64,000 bases of DNA from Ranitomeya imitator (Eukaryota), in assembly GCF_032444005.1 (NCBI RefSeq), contig NC_091283.1, positions 765,266,001 to 765,330,000 of the forward strand, in the 5' to 3' direction. The position numbers and the translations under genes are program-made. Of the stretch, positions 12,250 to 25,507 are shown piece after piece. Under the pieces are notes generated by a model. It saw only the letters and a list, made by a program, of their open reading frames with translations. It was not told where the DNA came from and searched no databases. Position 1 is the stretch's first letter, and every line of letters starts with the position of its first letter.

Positions 12250-13290
12250 TCCGTCCCTGAACTGAACTTTGGGGGACACCGACAGATGGGGGCGAGATGA
12301 GGAGGTGGTGTGGGAGATGCCGAATGTCCAGTCTGTTAGGTATGAAGAGATCCAAGATAGGGTCAAGTCTGTAATGCCAAGAAATGAGAGAATCTATAGT
12401 TAGAAGGAATGGTGCTTCGTGTCGAAGGCAGATGACAAGTCCAGAGTAGTGTCACTTGGCTCTGGCGGTTAGTAGCTCATTGGTGACTTTGGTTAGGGCA
12501 GTTTTGGTTGACTGATGTAGTCAGAAGCCAGATTGGAACCGGTCAAAGAGGGAGTAGGAGGAGAGGTGGGAGGACAGTTCAAGATGGACATGCTCTAACA
12601 GTAGTTTTAAGGTATAGGGGAGAAGTGATATGGGGTGATAGCTAGACACAGAGGATGGGCCAAGGGGGGCCTTTTTGGGGAGGCATGTGATCGAGGCATT
12701 TCTAAACCATGACGTGAAGACACCAGTTGTTAGTGACAGGTTTAAAGGGACTCTGTCACCTGAATTTGGCGGGACTGGTTTTGGGTCATATGGGCAGAGT
12801 TTTCAGGTGTTTGATTCACCCTTTCCTTACCCGCTGGCTGCATGCTGGCTGCATAATTGGATTGAAGTTCATTCTCTGTCCTCCATAGTACACGCCTGCA
12901 CAAAGCAATCTTGCCTTGTGCAGGCGTGTACTATGGAGGACAGAGAATGAACTTCAATCCAATATTGCAGCCAGCATGCAGCCAGCGGGTAAGGAAAGGG
13001 TGAATCAAACACCCAAAAACTCCGCCCATATGACCCAAAACCAGTCCCGCCAAATTCAGGTGACAGGTTCCCTTTAAGAGATGGCATAGGGTTGGGATGA
13101 AGACTGTGGTGAGATTTGGGATGAAGTGGGACGAGATCGGGTCAAGTGCACAGGTGAAGTGATCTGAAGAGTAGAGAAGAAAGTTTATCTTCTGTAATGG
13201 CGGAGATGCTGGTTTTCGAAGAAAAGGGCTGAGTAGCTATGAAGAGGGGCTATGGGGACTGTAGGCCAAAGCTGTATCTAAGTAATCAAA
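12250..13290 (-). mobile_element. L2-clade LINE reverse transcriptase fragment
   Basis: Minus-strand remnants of QSGFR..ST.TALTKVTNELLT, LTLSWISSYLTDWT and a degenerate VPQGS motif; split by a MITE. Confidence 0.7.
12746..13073. mobile_element. T2-type fold-back MITE, near-perfect hairpin
   Basis: TTAA TSD at 12742-12745 and 13074-13077; arms of ~155-160 bp with a ~12-nt loop (agcaatcttgcc). Confidence 0.85.
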
Positions 13291-13910
13291 GGTCTTTGGG
13301 CCTAATATCTGTATAGTGTTACAACCATTGGATGATGCTCTCATGTAATTATGATTGTCATCACTTCTGTTTTGATTAATAATAAATCGGTAGGACTCTC
13401 AGTTCTTTGTTGTATGTCATTTGTATCTGTGAAAAGCTAAGACGATTTACAAAACACAGGATAACAATTACAAACTGTTTGCGTATCTTTTGTAGAAATA
13501 CAAGCCAGCAATATGTCAGCATTAGTCTGTTTGGCTCTAGTCTTGTGTTTCTAATGTGGTTTAATGTTCCTAATGATATAAATAAGGTTGTAATCATTGA
13601 GGCTTCTTCTCAATGACCTTGAGTTTGTCTCAAGAGTATTCCAAATCCTTAAGCAAGTGAACAACCTCATCTCTTCCATGATACCAACTGCTGGGCTGAC
13701 AGCACGGCTGCAGATATTTTATTTGAGGTTTTCCTGTTATTGCTTTTATGCTGAGCTCCTATTGAATTGAGTTGTTAATTTTAAACCCTTTGTTATGAAC
13801 ATTAGGCCACCTTCACAGGGCGGTATTTTGATCAGTATTTTACATCAGCATTTATAAGTGAGAGAATAAAGACTGGAACATAACGACACTGAGCAATGTG
13901 AACCCTTAAA

Positions 13911-14260
13911 AGGGAATCTGTCAGTAGGTTTTTGCTAAGGAATCTGCAAGCAGCGTAATGTAGGAGCAGAGAGACAGATTCCAGCAATGTGTCACTTAGT
14001 GGGCTGCTTGATGTAGTTTTGATAGAATCTCTGTTTTCTCTGCTGTAGATGTAGCAGTGCTCAAATGTTGAGTTGTGTATAACCCCGCCCACACCAATGA
14101 TTGGCAGCTTCCTGTGTACACTGTATATTTTCAGCAAGTGGCCAATCAGTGGTGGGGGTTTGGTTGCCCAGATTAGCTGGACTGCCGTCCACGTGACACC
14201 TAGTCTTCTAGGGATAATCTCTTGCTGATGAAACATACTGCAACTGACATCCTGCTGGAT
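13911..14260 (+). mobile_element. T2-type MITE (AGGGAATCTGTCA family), truncated
   Basis: TTAA(A)-AGGGAATCTGTCAG start; related copy in opposite orientation at ~45290-45592. Confidence 0.55.
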
Positions 14261-15101
14261 AAGAATCGATTAATTATTGCCCTGATCATGGTTTTTTGAT
14301 TCCTTGGATGTTGTCAATTACAACATTTGCTATGGTGGCCCAAAACCTAGTAATGGTTTCAGGATCTACCAGCTCAGCAGGTAGAAAAAAACTGTTTGAT
14401 ATTAGAAACCAGGTTTTATATAAAAACATACAGTAGATATACCAAAAAAAATACATGTTTTGGCTTTGCTGCATTTAGAACGCCCAGAGCTATAAAGCTG
14501 TCACATGATTTAACCCGTATGGTGAACACTGTAAATATAATAAAAAACACAGTTTTTCCAGCATTCTGCAACACAAAAATTGTATGAAAAGCAATCTAAA
14601 AAGCTGTATGTAAGAGAAAATTATGTAACTGAAACATTGACATAAATTGCAAGACACAAGACCTTATAATATTAATAATATTCATCTTTATGTAGCGCCA
14701 ACATATTCCGCAGCGCTTTACAATTCGACAGTTCATACACAACAGTCATAAGTAACAACATTAAAGATAATATGGAGCGCCCCCGTAGGGACATTGAGGT
14801 ACTCGGAGCCGGGCCCTTCGGTTATCAAAGGGGATGTCATGGTAGTTGACCCGGTCCGTGGCCCTAGGGACGTCCGTTGTAAATGGGGGAAAGGTCTTTA
14901 AAGGGATAGTGTTCGTGACGCCACCTGTGGTATTCGGTCAGGGTGACCGACGCTGCTTAGGGGTCGCTGGGGTGATGTTATGGCAGCTGGATGATATACC
15001 TTCTCAGAGGTGAAGTGTGTCCCCAGGGCTTTCCAGTGTGTGGATGGTGTGAGGCACAGTGAAGAACGAGGACACAAGGTTGCTTCAGCGTCCACAGTCC
15101 A

Positions 15102-18100
15102 AGTGGTTGTTTGGTAACTATGGGCTGGAGGGGAGCCCTCTGACTGTCACGGTCCTTTCTGCGTAAGCTACACGGGCCACACTCTCGGCACCACTTTTAG
15201 ATGTTTTTTTTCATACCAATCCAGTAGAACCTTCCATGAAGTAGACTCTCCAACTTCCTCCATCCGAAGTGTCCTGCTCCATCGTGGTACGCTTCCAGAA
15301 CCATTGGCGCATCTTGTCTTGCGACCACTATTTGCCAAACCAACTCATGAGTGCGTGGGTCGATGTTTCTCCGGCACAGTTTACCATCATAGATAAATAG
15401 TTTGCCCTTCTCCTTCCACAGTTGTTGCGTCTCTTGTGGATCATCTGGACCAGGGCGTGCACCTGCCTGCATCAGGAGTTCTTTCACCCGATGGACCATG
15501 GGGTCACTGTCCTGGATCTCTGCCCATCCATGGTGGGGCAGGGGATTCAGCGTGGTGTCCTGCTTGTTCTTACGCCTGTTTCTCAAATGATGGGAATACT
15601 GAGTGGCCTTGGGGCGATGGAAAGCTGGCAACTCAATTTCTTTGAGGGTCTCCGAGTCTTCTCCCATTTCTGGCAAATTGGGCATTCTGGACCATGCATC
15701 GGCATTCGCATTCTTGTGCCCTGCCGGTACTAGATGGTGAAATCATAATTGGACAACCGGGCCATCCACCGTTGCTCCAGGGCACCCAGTTTTGCTGTGT
15801 CCAGGTGTGTCAGTGGATTGTTATCCGTGAAGATGGTGAATTTTGCCTAGGCTAGGTAGTGTTTGAATCTCTCCGTCACCGCCCAGACGATGGCGAGGAA
15901 CTCCAGCTTAAAGGAACTGTAGTTGTCAGGGTTCCTTTCGGTGGGACGAAGTTTCCTGCTGGTGTAGGCAATTACCCTATCTTTGCCTTTCTGGACCTGG
16001 GACAGCACGGCTCCTAGTCCCATGTTGCTGGCGTCCGTGTACAACACAAATGGTTGGTCATATTCAGGATAAGCCAATACCTCCTCCCCCGTCAGAGCCA
16101 ACTTCAAATGAGTGAAGGATATCTCCACTCCATCGTCCCAGTCAAATGGGGTATTCTTACCCTTGGTTTCTTGGATTGGCCCACTAACAGGTCTTGTAGT
16201 GGTGTGGCTTTCTTGGTGAAGTCTTTAATAAATCTCCTGTAGTAGCCTACCAACCCGAGGAACTGCCAGACTTCATGGAGGTTGCTGGGCTTCAGCCAGT
16301 CTCTGATCACAGTGACCTTGTCAGGGTCTGGGGCCACTCCTTCTGCACTCACCACATGGCCCAGGTACTGCACTTTGGGCTTTAACAGATGGCATTTGGA
16401 TGGTTTTACCTTTAGGCCAAAGTTGGACAGGGCCTCGAACACCTCGGCCAGGTGCTCCAGATGGTCCTCATAAGTCTTGGTGAAGACACTGACATCATCC
16501 AGATACAGCAAGACAGTTTCAAAGTTCTTGTGTCCAAGACAGCACTCCATCATCCTCTGGAACGTTCCTGGAGCGTTGCACAGTCCGAATGGCATGTAGT
16601 TGAACTCACAGAGACCCATTGGTGTGGTGAAGGCCGTCTTTTCCTTGTCCGCCTCTGCTACGGGAACCTGCCAGTACCCACTGGTGAGATCCAAGGTAGA
16701 GAAGTAGTTAGCAGATTTTAAAGCAGCTAATGATTCTTCTATTCTAGGCAAAGGGTATGCATCTTTATGTGTAATGCGGTTTATCTGCCTATATACAACA
16801 CACATCCTCATTGTGCCATCCTTCTTCCTGACGAGGACTAATGGAGCTGCCCAGGGGCTACAACTGTCTCTAACTACCCCAGCCTCCTTCATCTCTCGCA
16901 ACATGTCTTTGGCACACTGATAATGAGCTGGAGGTACAGGACGGTATCGCTCTTTAATGGGTGGATGATATCCCGTGGGGATATGATGTTTAATCCCTTT
17001 TACCTGCCCAAAATCTAGGGGGTGCTTGCTGAATACCCGCTCATACTCATGGACCACCCTGTAAGCTCCTTGTTTTTGGTGTGATGGTGTAGATTCAGTG
17101 CCCACATGTAATTTCTGACACCAATCTTCCATTTGTTCTGCAGAGCCATTGTCCTCCGCCTGGTTGGACGGGACCAAGGGTTCTGTTGACTGTATCACAT
17201 TGTTATCAACAGTAAATAGTTTGGCAATTGTGGCATATTTGGTTAGGTAGACCTCTTCCTCTCCACAGTTAAGGACACGTACTGGCACCCTCCCCTTGCG
17301 GACTTCAACCACCCCTCTGGCTGTCAGGATTGTAGGCCTACTTTCTGAATACACAGGTTCTACCAGGGCCTGGTAGTCTTTACCTCTGAGGCCTATTGCT
17401 GCCTGACACCATATTAACATTTCACTCCTGGGGGGTATTGCAATGGGGATTGAGTCACTCACTGTGGCATGGCCAATTTCTCCACGAGCTAGTTCTACCC
17501 GCTGTCTCTGTGATGATGTTCGTCCTTCGTTTTTGAAGATGACCATGACTTCAGGGTTAGAAGAGAATTGACGCAGTGGTTGAAGTCATGACTTGCGCTT
17601 GACTTGGATTAAAGTGAGGAGGAGTTGCGCAGTCGTCAACCTCACTCTCTCGCCCGTACCTATCGAGCCCCAGTGGCAAGAGCTAAGCGAGACAACTGGA
17701 GATAGGTCAGGGTGCAGTGGATGGCCAGCAGTGTCCTATATGTGCCTCGCTGCGCCCTCTCAGCGCTCCACAACACTGTGCTGGAAATCGCTTGCCTGTC
17801 CGTTGAACCTTGGTTTCTTCCGCACAGTCTGCCATATCCAGTCTTCACATGCAAGGGTAGACAAACCCTTGAAAATCACTGTAGGTCTCAAAGAAACCCA
17901 ACAGCTACCCTCACCTGGTTTGGCCCGCCTGCCGAGGCGGTGTTCCGGGGTGTACCCGCTGCCGCATGCTAGCAGCTACTTGGAGGTACAGGTGAGAGTT
18001 GAGCATCAGATGAGGACCAAAGATGGAAGAGCTGTCCAAAGAGGACACGGCAAGCACTCCACCAGAGGTGCTACCTCTCTCTCTGTCTCTGTACCAGAGC

Positions 18101-18520
18101 TCTGATTTCTTTCTGCAGGACACGTTGCTTACTGGAACCAGCTGTTTCTGCCATCTGCAGTAACAAGACAATAACCTCTGCAAGACAATTTTCTATGACA
18201 TTAGTACCAATGGTCATTATAGGGCTACATTCACGGCGATCAATATCAACAATCACGATCCCTTGGGATTTTAACTCTACCTGCCCCACTTTAATGGTGA
18301 CCTCTTTGTATCCCACTTGGGGTAGTGGCTGACCGTTACTGGCGAACTATGGTGAAATCGTCGTCAGGGCCACGAATGATGTCGGTGTCCTCCCAATAAC
18401 GTTTATAAAGGATGTAAGGCATAGTTGTCACCTGAGAACCGGTGTCCAACAGAGCGTTCATGGGGATACTGTCGACCACAATGGGGAGAACAGGCCGTCC
18501 TCCAACGTATTTGGCTCTCC
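15102..18520 (-). pseudogene. pol: Gypsy pol, frameshifted; integrase core deleted
   Basis: LLDTGS protease (~18440); RT in ORF 16104-17546 (LDLTSGYWQ, MPFGLCNAPGTFQR, YLDD); RNase H (YTDASNMGLGAVL, YSSFKLEFLAIVWAV); integrase Zn-finger (H..AGHFG..C..C) ends at 15102. Confidence 0.9.
17512..18092. other. Unidentified 581-bp insert in pol flanked by a 10-bp direct repeat
   Basis: CTGTCTCTGT at 17502-17511 and 18083-18092; removal restores ..KEIRALV-QRQRVELARGEIG.. Confidence 0.8.
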
Positions 18521-18549
18521 AGTTTTGCGGGCCTGATCGTCCTACTCCT

Positions 18550-19650
18550 GGGGGTTTGCCCTCTGCCCCAGGGGTTGCTCGTTTAAATGACAGTACCTTG
18601 TGATGTGGCCTGCCTGATTGCAGTGGCGGCAGATGGGTCGTCCGTCCTGATGATAGCGATCATCGTCTCTGCCTCTGGTCGGCGGGGTCCTCCTCTGTAG
18701 TCGCCAGGGAATATCCTCTGGTCTGGAAGCCAGCTTGATCTTCTCCTTGGGGCCTCCTGTAGGGACTGCACAGTCCAGGCTAATGCAGCAACGTTCTTGG
18801 TCAGCTCCTGCAGCTGGAGACGTAGTCCGCGGGAGAATCATCTTCCAGGGTTTGAGCCTTGGCCTCCTCAGAGACTTGAGGATAGGGCGCCACCTCCTGG
18901 TTGTGCGTGAGGGCTGGACACCGAGGGGGCACTGCACGGCTGAGCTGCCATTCCTGTAGCACCTGGATGGCCTTGTCTTTGAACTGCGCAAAGGCCAGGT
19001 CAGGATTCTGCATGGCCAGGAGATGCAGTTGGGCCCTTTGGTTATTGCACAGAAGTCCCACAATGAATGGCTCCTTTAAGAGTCTGTCCTCATCTGGCAC
19101 ATTGTTAGGGTCAACCTGCCTGACCGCCCACAGTGCTTCCTGGAGATTAAGGGCATAGTCCCGTAGGCTATCCTGCGGCCTCTGTTTGCACCCATAGAAC
19201 GTCAATTTAATTTCTGTAGTGGTGCGGGTGTCAAAGGTCGTCTTAAGCTTTGCAAAGACCCACTGCACAGTCTCTTTAGCCGCAGCTGGCCAGGTTTTCA
19301 CCTCCCTCTGGGCTGCTCCAAGCAGTTGGCCCATTACAATGTGAACTTTCTGATGCTCTGTCAGGGGGTAAACTTCAAGCAGGCTGCAGAGTCTCTCTTT
19401 AAAGTCAGGTAACGTATGCGATTCCCCGGAATATTGCGGGAGCCAGGCTGCTCCAGGTATGTATGGCATGGAGAAGGCATGATGGCCGCTGTAGCTGAGG
19501 CTGCGCCCGGCTGGCTGATAGGAGCGGCGAGCTCTGCGGCTGCGCCTACTGCGGGGCCTGCGGGTATGTCCGCTGCGAGGCCTGGGGGTGCCATTAGGTC
19601 TGCGGCTGCGACCGCCGCCAACTCCCTTCCCAGATGAGACATGGCAATTT
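18550..19650 (-). pseudogene. gag: Gypsy gag, frameshifted (capsid plus CCHC zinc knuckle)
   Basis: ORF 18801-19469 is capsid-like (LPQYSGESHTLPDFKERL..); CRHCNQAGHITRYC = CX2CX4HX4C. Confidence 0.85.
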
Positions 19651-19934
19651 CCCCTCGCTTACCTGATAGAAGCCGGCGTCTCCTTTTGCAGCTCCGCTGC
19701 ACGACCACTCCACTTCCGGCGTTTCAGGCAGCAGCGCGGCACCCGTCCTTCCTGCTTCGCGCTCTTTTCGGCTGGCTCCGCCCACGAAGGTACGTCTTCT
19801 CCTCCTCGCGCTCCACGCTGCACGGCAATGGCGGATTTTGGCAGGAAATGACACAGTCTTCCAGCACAAACAGTTCAAATACAATTCTGGCACAGTTCTT
19901 AGGCGCACATGACCTGATTTTCAGGCTTAAGTAG

Positions 19935-19952
19935 ATCCTGTTCGTGACGCCA
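19935..19952 (-). promoter_or_regulatory. Primer-binding site, tRNA-Ser(CGA)
   Basis: TGGCGTCACGAACAGGAT, 5 nt from the 5' LTR; complementary to the 3' 18 nt of vertebrate tRNA-Ser(CGA) (..ATCCTGTTCGTGACG-CCA, recalled). Confidence 0.8.
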
Positions 19953-22389
19953 AGAGTTGGAGCGCCCCCGTAGGGGCAGTGGGGTACTCGGAGCTGGGCA
20001 ATTCGGTTCTCAAAGGGGATGTCATGGTGGCTGACCCGGTCTGTGGTCCTAGGGACGTCCTTTGTAAATGGGGAAAGGTCTTTAAAGGGATAGTGTTCAT
20101 AACGCCACCTGTGGTATTCGGTCAGGGTGACCGACCCTGCTTAGGGGTCCGCTGGGGTGATGTTATGGCAGCTGGATGGTATACCTTCCCACAGGTGAAG
20201 TAGGTCCCCAGGGCTTCCTAGTGTGTGGATGGTGGATGGTGTGAGGCGCAGTGAAGAACGAGGACACAAGATTGCAGTCTCTTTACCTTTACTGACGGCT
20301 TCAGCGTCCACAGTCCAGAGCACCAGATCACAGTGCTGGCAGAGTCCGGCCGGTCTGAAGGTAAATCCAGAGTCCCCTTATCCAGGTGGAAATCAGTAGC
20401 CTTCCTCTAGTGCATAGATGTTGTAGTACCTTACTGCTGAGCTTCTCATAAGGTCCTCACAACTGTTGTTGGTGTTCTAGATATTATGTCTTTTTCTCTG
20501 TCCCCCAGATGGATAGGGACAACCCGTATGACTGATGGTCTGAGGCTTTTTACACGGACTCTAGCACACCCCAGCCTCCACTAGTTGGCATCGTGCCTCC
20601 TGGGTATAGGTCGGGCAGGTAACGTGGAATTATCTGTCCTGCCAGTCTCTGAAGTAAAGCGTAGAGATCCTTACTCCCTCAGTATTCTGGCTACCGGATC
20701 CTGCACCTCATAAAGAAGCAGCCTGCTCCTGGCTGGTCTCCCTCCGATATTCCTCTCCTGTGCTCTGCTTTCCTGCACACTCTCTGCAATATGCTCACTT
20801 TAGTGTTTTCTTCCAGGAGCTGCAGCACTTCAGGCTCCAGAACTCCTTCCTCTCCCTCTGTCTTCCTGACAGGAACTGAACTCTGAACTCCATTTTCCCT
20901 CCAGATCAGGATGTTTTATAGGGGAGCTCACCTAAACCAGGCTTAGAGCTCCCCCTTCTGGTCTGGAGTGTGAACATGTTGCATGCATTGTGTTTACCTG
21001 TAAAGTGATTTCCTTTATTGCCTTCAGACGTAACACCACTCCCCCCTAGAGGGTAATGATATTACTGCAACGACCAGGACCCTGGGGTGCTGCAAATACA
21101 ATAATTAAAACAAAAATAATGGTGACCGTGCCCATAAGAGCTTACAATCTACAATGAGGTTGGGGTAGACACAAAGTACAGGTGTGTATTTACAATGATG
21201 GTCCATCCATCTTGAGGAAATGGGGTATAGATAAAGGTCAGCATGAGTTGGTCAGCAGCCAGTATGTGTGGTGCTTCTGGGTGTGGTGGAGTTTGATGGA
21301 GAGTTATATTGATAGAAGTAAAGAATGGGCTATATTATATAAGGGGTTTGATTAGGGGATGTGATAGGCCGCTCTAAACAGATGTGTTTTTAGGGAGCGC
21401 TTAAAACTATGTAAGTTGTAATTAGTCCTAATGTCTTGGGGTAGAGCATTCCAGAGGATTGGCGCAACTCGGGAGAAGTCTTTGAGTTGGGAGTGGGAGG
21501 TACGGATTAGTAGGGCTGTTAGTTTGAAAGTCGTTTGTGCTGCATAACAAGTGAGCAGGTTGATAAACAGAAATGAGGGAGGAGATGTAGGAGGGTGCAA
21601 CACTGTCGAGAGCTTTATTGTGAGAACAAGCAGTTTAAATTGGATCCTATAATGTATGGGCAGCCAGTGCAATGACTGGCACAGAGCGGAGGCATCCGAG
21701 TAACGATTAGCCAGAGAGATGACTCTGGCTGCTGCATTAAGGATGGACTGGATAGAGGAAAGTTGAGTGATGGGGAGGCCAATTAATAGAGAATTACATT
21801 AGTCAAGGTGGCGGTGGATCAGGGCAACAATGAGGGTTTTTCTTGTTTCCATGGGGAGAAAGGGACGGATTTTAGAGATGTTCTTAAGGTGCAAGTGACA
21901 AAAGCGGGCAAGAGATTGTATATGGAAGGTGAAGAACAGATTGGTGTCAAACATAATACTCAGATTGTTGGCACAAAGTTAGAAACAGAATTGTCTAAAA
22001 CACTGCTTACATTGTTAACAAAGCAGCCTATGTTAGTTACATAGGGTATGTGCTCATTTTGTTTTTTTTCTTGTGTTTTGTCAATGAAAATGAGCACAGT
22101 GTGAACATGCTCTTGCACATTGCACGTATGCCAACTTATTCTCCGGCTCATTTCTTTGGCTTTCCTGTAGTTTCTTGTACTTTGTACAAACAGGGGTGTA
22201 GCCCTACTTGAGCTAGGCATTTAATCTACATTGCTTCCCATGGGCATGTGTCTGCACAGTCGGCCCCTGTCCTGCCCTTACATTCCACATTGAGGTCAGC
22301 TGACACAAGGTGAGGTTTTAATACTAGGGACAACATAGGACTGTACCGATTGGGTACATATTGTTGCAGTGGGATGGCTTTTATGCTTA

Positions 22390-22785
22390 GGCTACTTTCA
22401 CACTAGCGTTTTTTGCAATACGTCGCAATGCGTCGTTTATGGGAAAAAAACGCATCCTGCAAAGTTGTTTGCAGGATGCGTTTTTGCCCCATAGATTAAC
22501 ATTAGTGACGCATTGCGACGCATTGACACACGTCGCAACCGTTGTGCGACGATTGCGCCGTGTTGTGGCGGACCGCCTGGAGCCAAATAGTTACATGTAA
22601 CGTTTTTTGCTGCCGACGGTCCGCTTTTTCTGACCGCGCATGCGCGGCCGGAACTCCGCCCCCACTTCCCCACACCTTACAATGGGGCAGCGGATGCGCA
22701 GGAAAAATGCATCCGCTGCCTCCGTTGTGCGGCGCATTCACTGCTAGCGTCGGAACCTCGGCCCGACGCTAGTGTGAAAGTAGCC
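22390..22785. mobile_element. PIF/Harbinger MITE
   Basis: TIR GGCTACTTTCACACTAGCGT / ACGCTAGTGTGAAAGTAGCC; TSD TTA on both sides. Confidence 0.9.
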
Positions 22786-24095
22786 TTAGTTGATCAAAAC
22801 AGTGTTAACTAAGTACCCTATGTTATTTACATGCACTATTACAATTTACTTATTTTCTTGCTGCAGGGTACGTGCTCATTATGGTAGCACATACATACTA
22901 CGGTAGTCTGCACAAGCCCTAAAGGTGACTGAGTTCCATAGTACTACTAATGTTTGTCTAGTAATTGTATGATTATCATATTTTCCTACCATCCAAATGT
23001 ATGTTCCAGGCAGGGGTGAACCTAGCCTCTCTGCTGCCTGAGGCGAACTGCAAAACGGTGCCCCCCCACGTAGTAAAATTAGTATAAATAAGTCTTAGCA
23101 GGACCATATCTGACAACCTCAGCTCATCCACATAGGGTAACACACACCAACTCTGCTATATCCCACTTCCTTACTGCTTTCAGATCTGAAAACCCCAGCT
23201 GGTTCACATAGCTTATCTACTTCTGACAGTCTGATGGAGGGAAGCTGTGAATTGTGACAAAGATGTGCAGATGCAGCATGTGAGGCTGGGGGGGGGGGCG
23301 GTTGATGTTTTTTACAGCTTACTGCTCTGCGACTAGTCCGACTCCCAGCAATGTGTGTGTCCCAGCAGGTCAGGAGACTGGGCACCGCCTCTGCACCTCA
23401 GCCCGGGCAAGTAACAGTCACCTGCTGGGCATGCCACACATTAGGTTGTTGTGACACTGCACTGTCAGCAAATGTCAGAGCAGGGATTACAGGGAGAGTC
23501 GGCACCATGTGCTATGACTGCCGCTCTGCCGCCCCCTGTCTTTAAGGATGCTCTGCCGCTTGACGCAAGTTATTCAACTTGCCTCATGATAGCAGTGCCA
23601 CTGGTTCCAGGTAAATCTGCTGTAAAGGTAGAAGATAAAAAAAGATCATGTTACAGAATAAGTTATTAGGTATTAGGCTGGAGTCACAGATAACGTATAA
23701 AAAATAGGTCCGTTTTTCACGGGCGAGAATCGCAGAAATGTTCCCAAACAGTGATCCATATGTCATCCATCTACAATGCGGGGATGCGATTTTCTCACAT
23801 CTAAGCATCTGTGTGACATCTGTGTGACATCCGTATGGCGAGATTTTCTTGCCGGCTTGCAAAATGGACATATAATGTATCCCGGGTCAGAAAGTCATGA
23901 ATAAATAATGTGGAAGCCTATTTATTGGCTCCACAAGTTCCTTCCTACAAGTGAAAAAAAAAATTGCATGGTCTCCCTCGCAATTTTCTTCGCCAGAGAC
24001 GGAAAGCATATGGCCGGGGCTGATATTTGTAGCCTGGGAAGGGGTTAATACCCATGGATCTTCCCAGGCTATGAATATCAACCCGCAGCTGTATA

Positions 24096-25072
24096 CAGTT
24101 ATATGAAAAATTTTGGGCACCCCTATTAATCTTAAGCTTAATGTTTTATAAAAATTGTTTTTTTTTGCAACAGCTATTTCAGTTTCATATATCTAATAAC
24201 TGTTGGACACAGTAATGTTTCTGCCTTGAAATTAAGTTTATTGTACTAACAGAAAATGTGCAATCTGCATTCAAACAAAATTTGACAGGTGCATAAGTAT
24301 GGGCACCCCACCAGAAAAGTGACATTAATATTTAGTAGATCCTCCTTTTGCAAAAATAACAGCCTCTAGTCACTTCCGGTAGCTTTTAATGAGTTCCTGG
24401 ATCCTGGATGAAGGTATTTTTGACCATTCCTCTTTACAAAACAATTCCAGTTCAGTTAAGTTTGATGGTCGCCGAGCATGGACAGCCCTCTTCAAATGAT
24501 CCCACAGATGTTCAATGATATTCAGGTCTGGGGACTGGGATGGCCATTCCAGAACAGTGTAATTGTTCCTCTGCATGAATGCCTGAGTAGATTTGGAGCG
24601 GTGTTTTGGATCATTGTCTTGCTGAAAGATCCATCCCCTCCATAACTTCAACTTTGTCACTGATTTTACTGTGGGTAGCAAGTGTTTTTCTTGGAATGCT
24701 GTGTGTTTTGGCCGCCATGCATAACGCCTTTTTGTATGACCAAACAACTCAATCTTGGTTTCATCAGTCCACAGGACCTTCTTCCAAAAAGAAACTGGCT
24801 TCTCCAAATCTGCTTTTGCATACCTCAGCCGACTCTGTTTGTGGTGTGCTTGCAGAAACGGCTTCTTTCGCATCACTCTCTCATACAGCTTCTCCTTGTG
24901 CAAAGTGCGTTGTATAGTTGACCGAAGAACATTGACACCATCTGCAGCAAGTTGATGCTGCAGCTCTCTGGAGGTGGTCTGAGGATTGTCCTTGACTGAT
25001 CTCACCATTCTTCTTCTCTGCCTTTCTGATGTTTTTCTTGGCCTGCCACCTCTGGCCTTAACAAGAACTGTA
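24096..25072 (-). mobile_element. 5'-truncated Tc1 (DD34E) with in-frame internal deletion
   Basis: TA|CAGTTATATGAAAAA TIR; ORF 24370-25008 with WTDETKIELFG and FQQDNDPKH..WPSQSPDLNIIE (34 residues); the GGGSIM..WGC segment is missing. Confidence 0.9.
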
Positions 25073-25507
25073 GCCAGAAAGGCTACGCAAACAGCTTCTG
25101 GCTGATATTCATAGCCTAGGAAGGGGCCATGGATATTGCCCCCCAGCTAAAAAATCCAGCACCCAGCCACCCAAGAAAAGGCGCATCTGTAAGATGCACC
25201 AATTCTGGCACTTAGCCTCTCTTCCCATTGCCCTGTAGCGGTGGCATATGGGTTAATGTCACCTTGCTATTGTAAGGTGATATTAAGCCCAGTTAATAAT
25301 GGAGAGGTGTCAATAAGACACCTCTCCATTATTAATCCCATAGTATGAAAGGGTTAAAAATATACACACATTATGAATAAAGTCTTTTAATGAAATAATT
25401 AAACACACGGGTTTTCCATCTTTATTACACTCTCAGTCCACACGAAACCCTCGTTCTCCTGTAAAAAAAATCCCCCCAAAAATCAACAATATTCCATACC
25501 TGTCCAT

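Larger units (their letters stand above)
14773..21094 (-). mobile_element. Ty3/Gypsy LTR retrotransposon (gag-PR-RT-RH-truncated IN), defective
   Basis: 5' LTR 19958-21094 (TGCAGCACCCC..GGGGCGCTCCA); 3' LTR remnant 14773-15101; 4-bp TSD AATA at 14769-14772 and 21095-21098. Confidence 0.95.
14665..21970 (-). mobile_element. L2 LINE 3' portion (14665-14772 plus 21095-~21970) split by the Gypsy provirus
   Basis: ORF 21352-21672: HWLPI.YRIQFK..FSRVAPILWNALP..FKRSLKTHLF (L2 ORF2 C-terminus); typical 3' end TGTAAAGCGCTGCGGAATATGTTGGCGCT plus (TAA)-like tail at 14665-14722. Confidence 0.8.
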
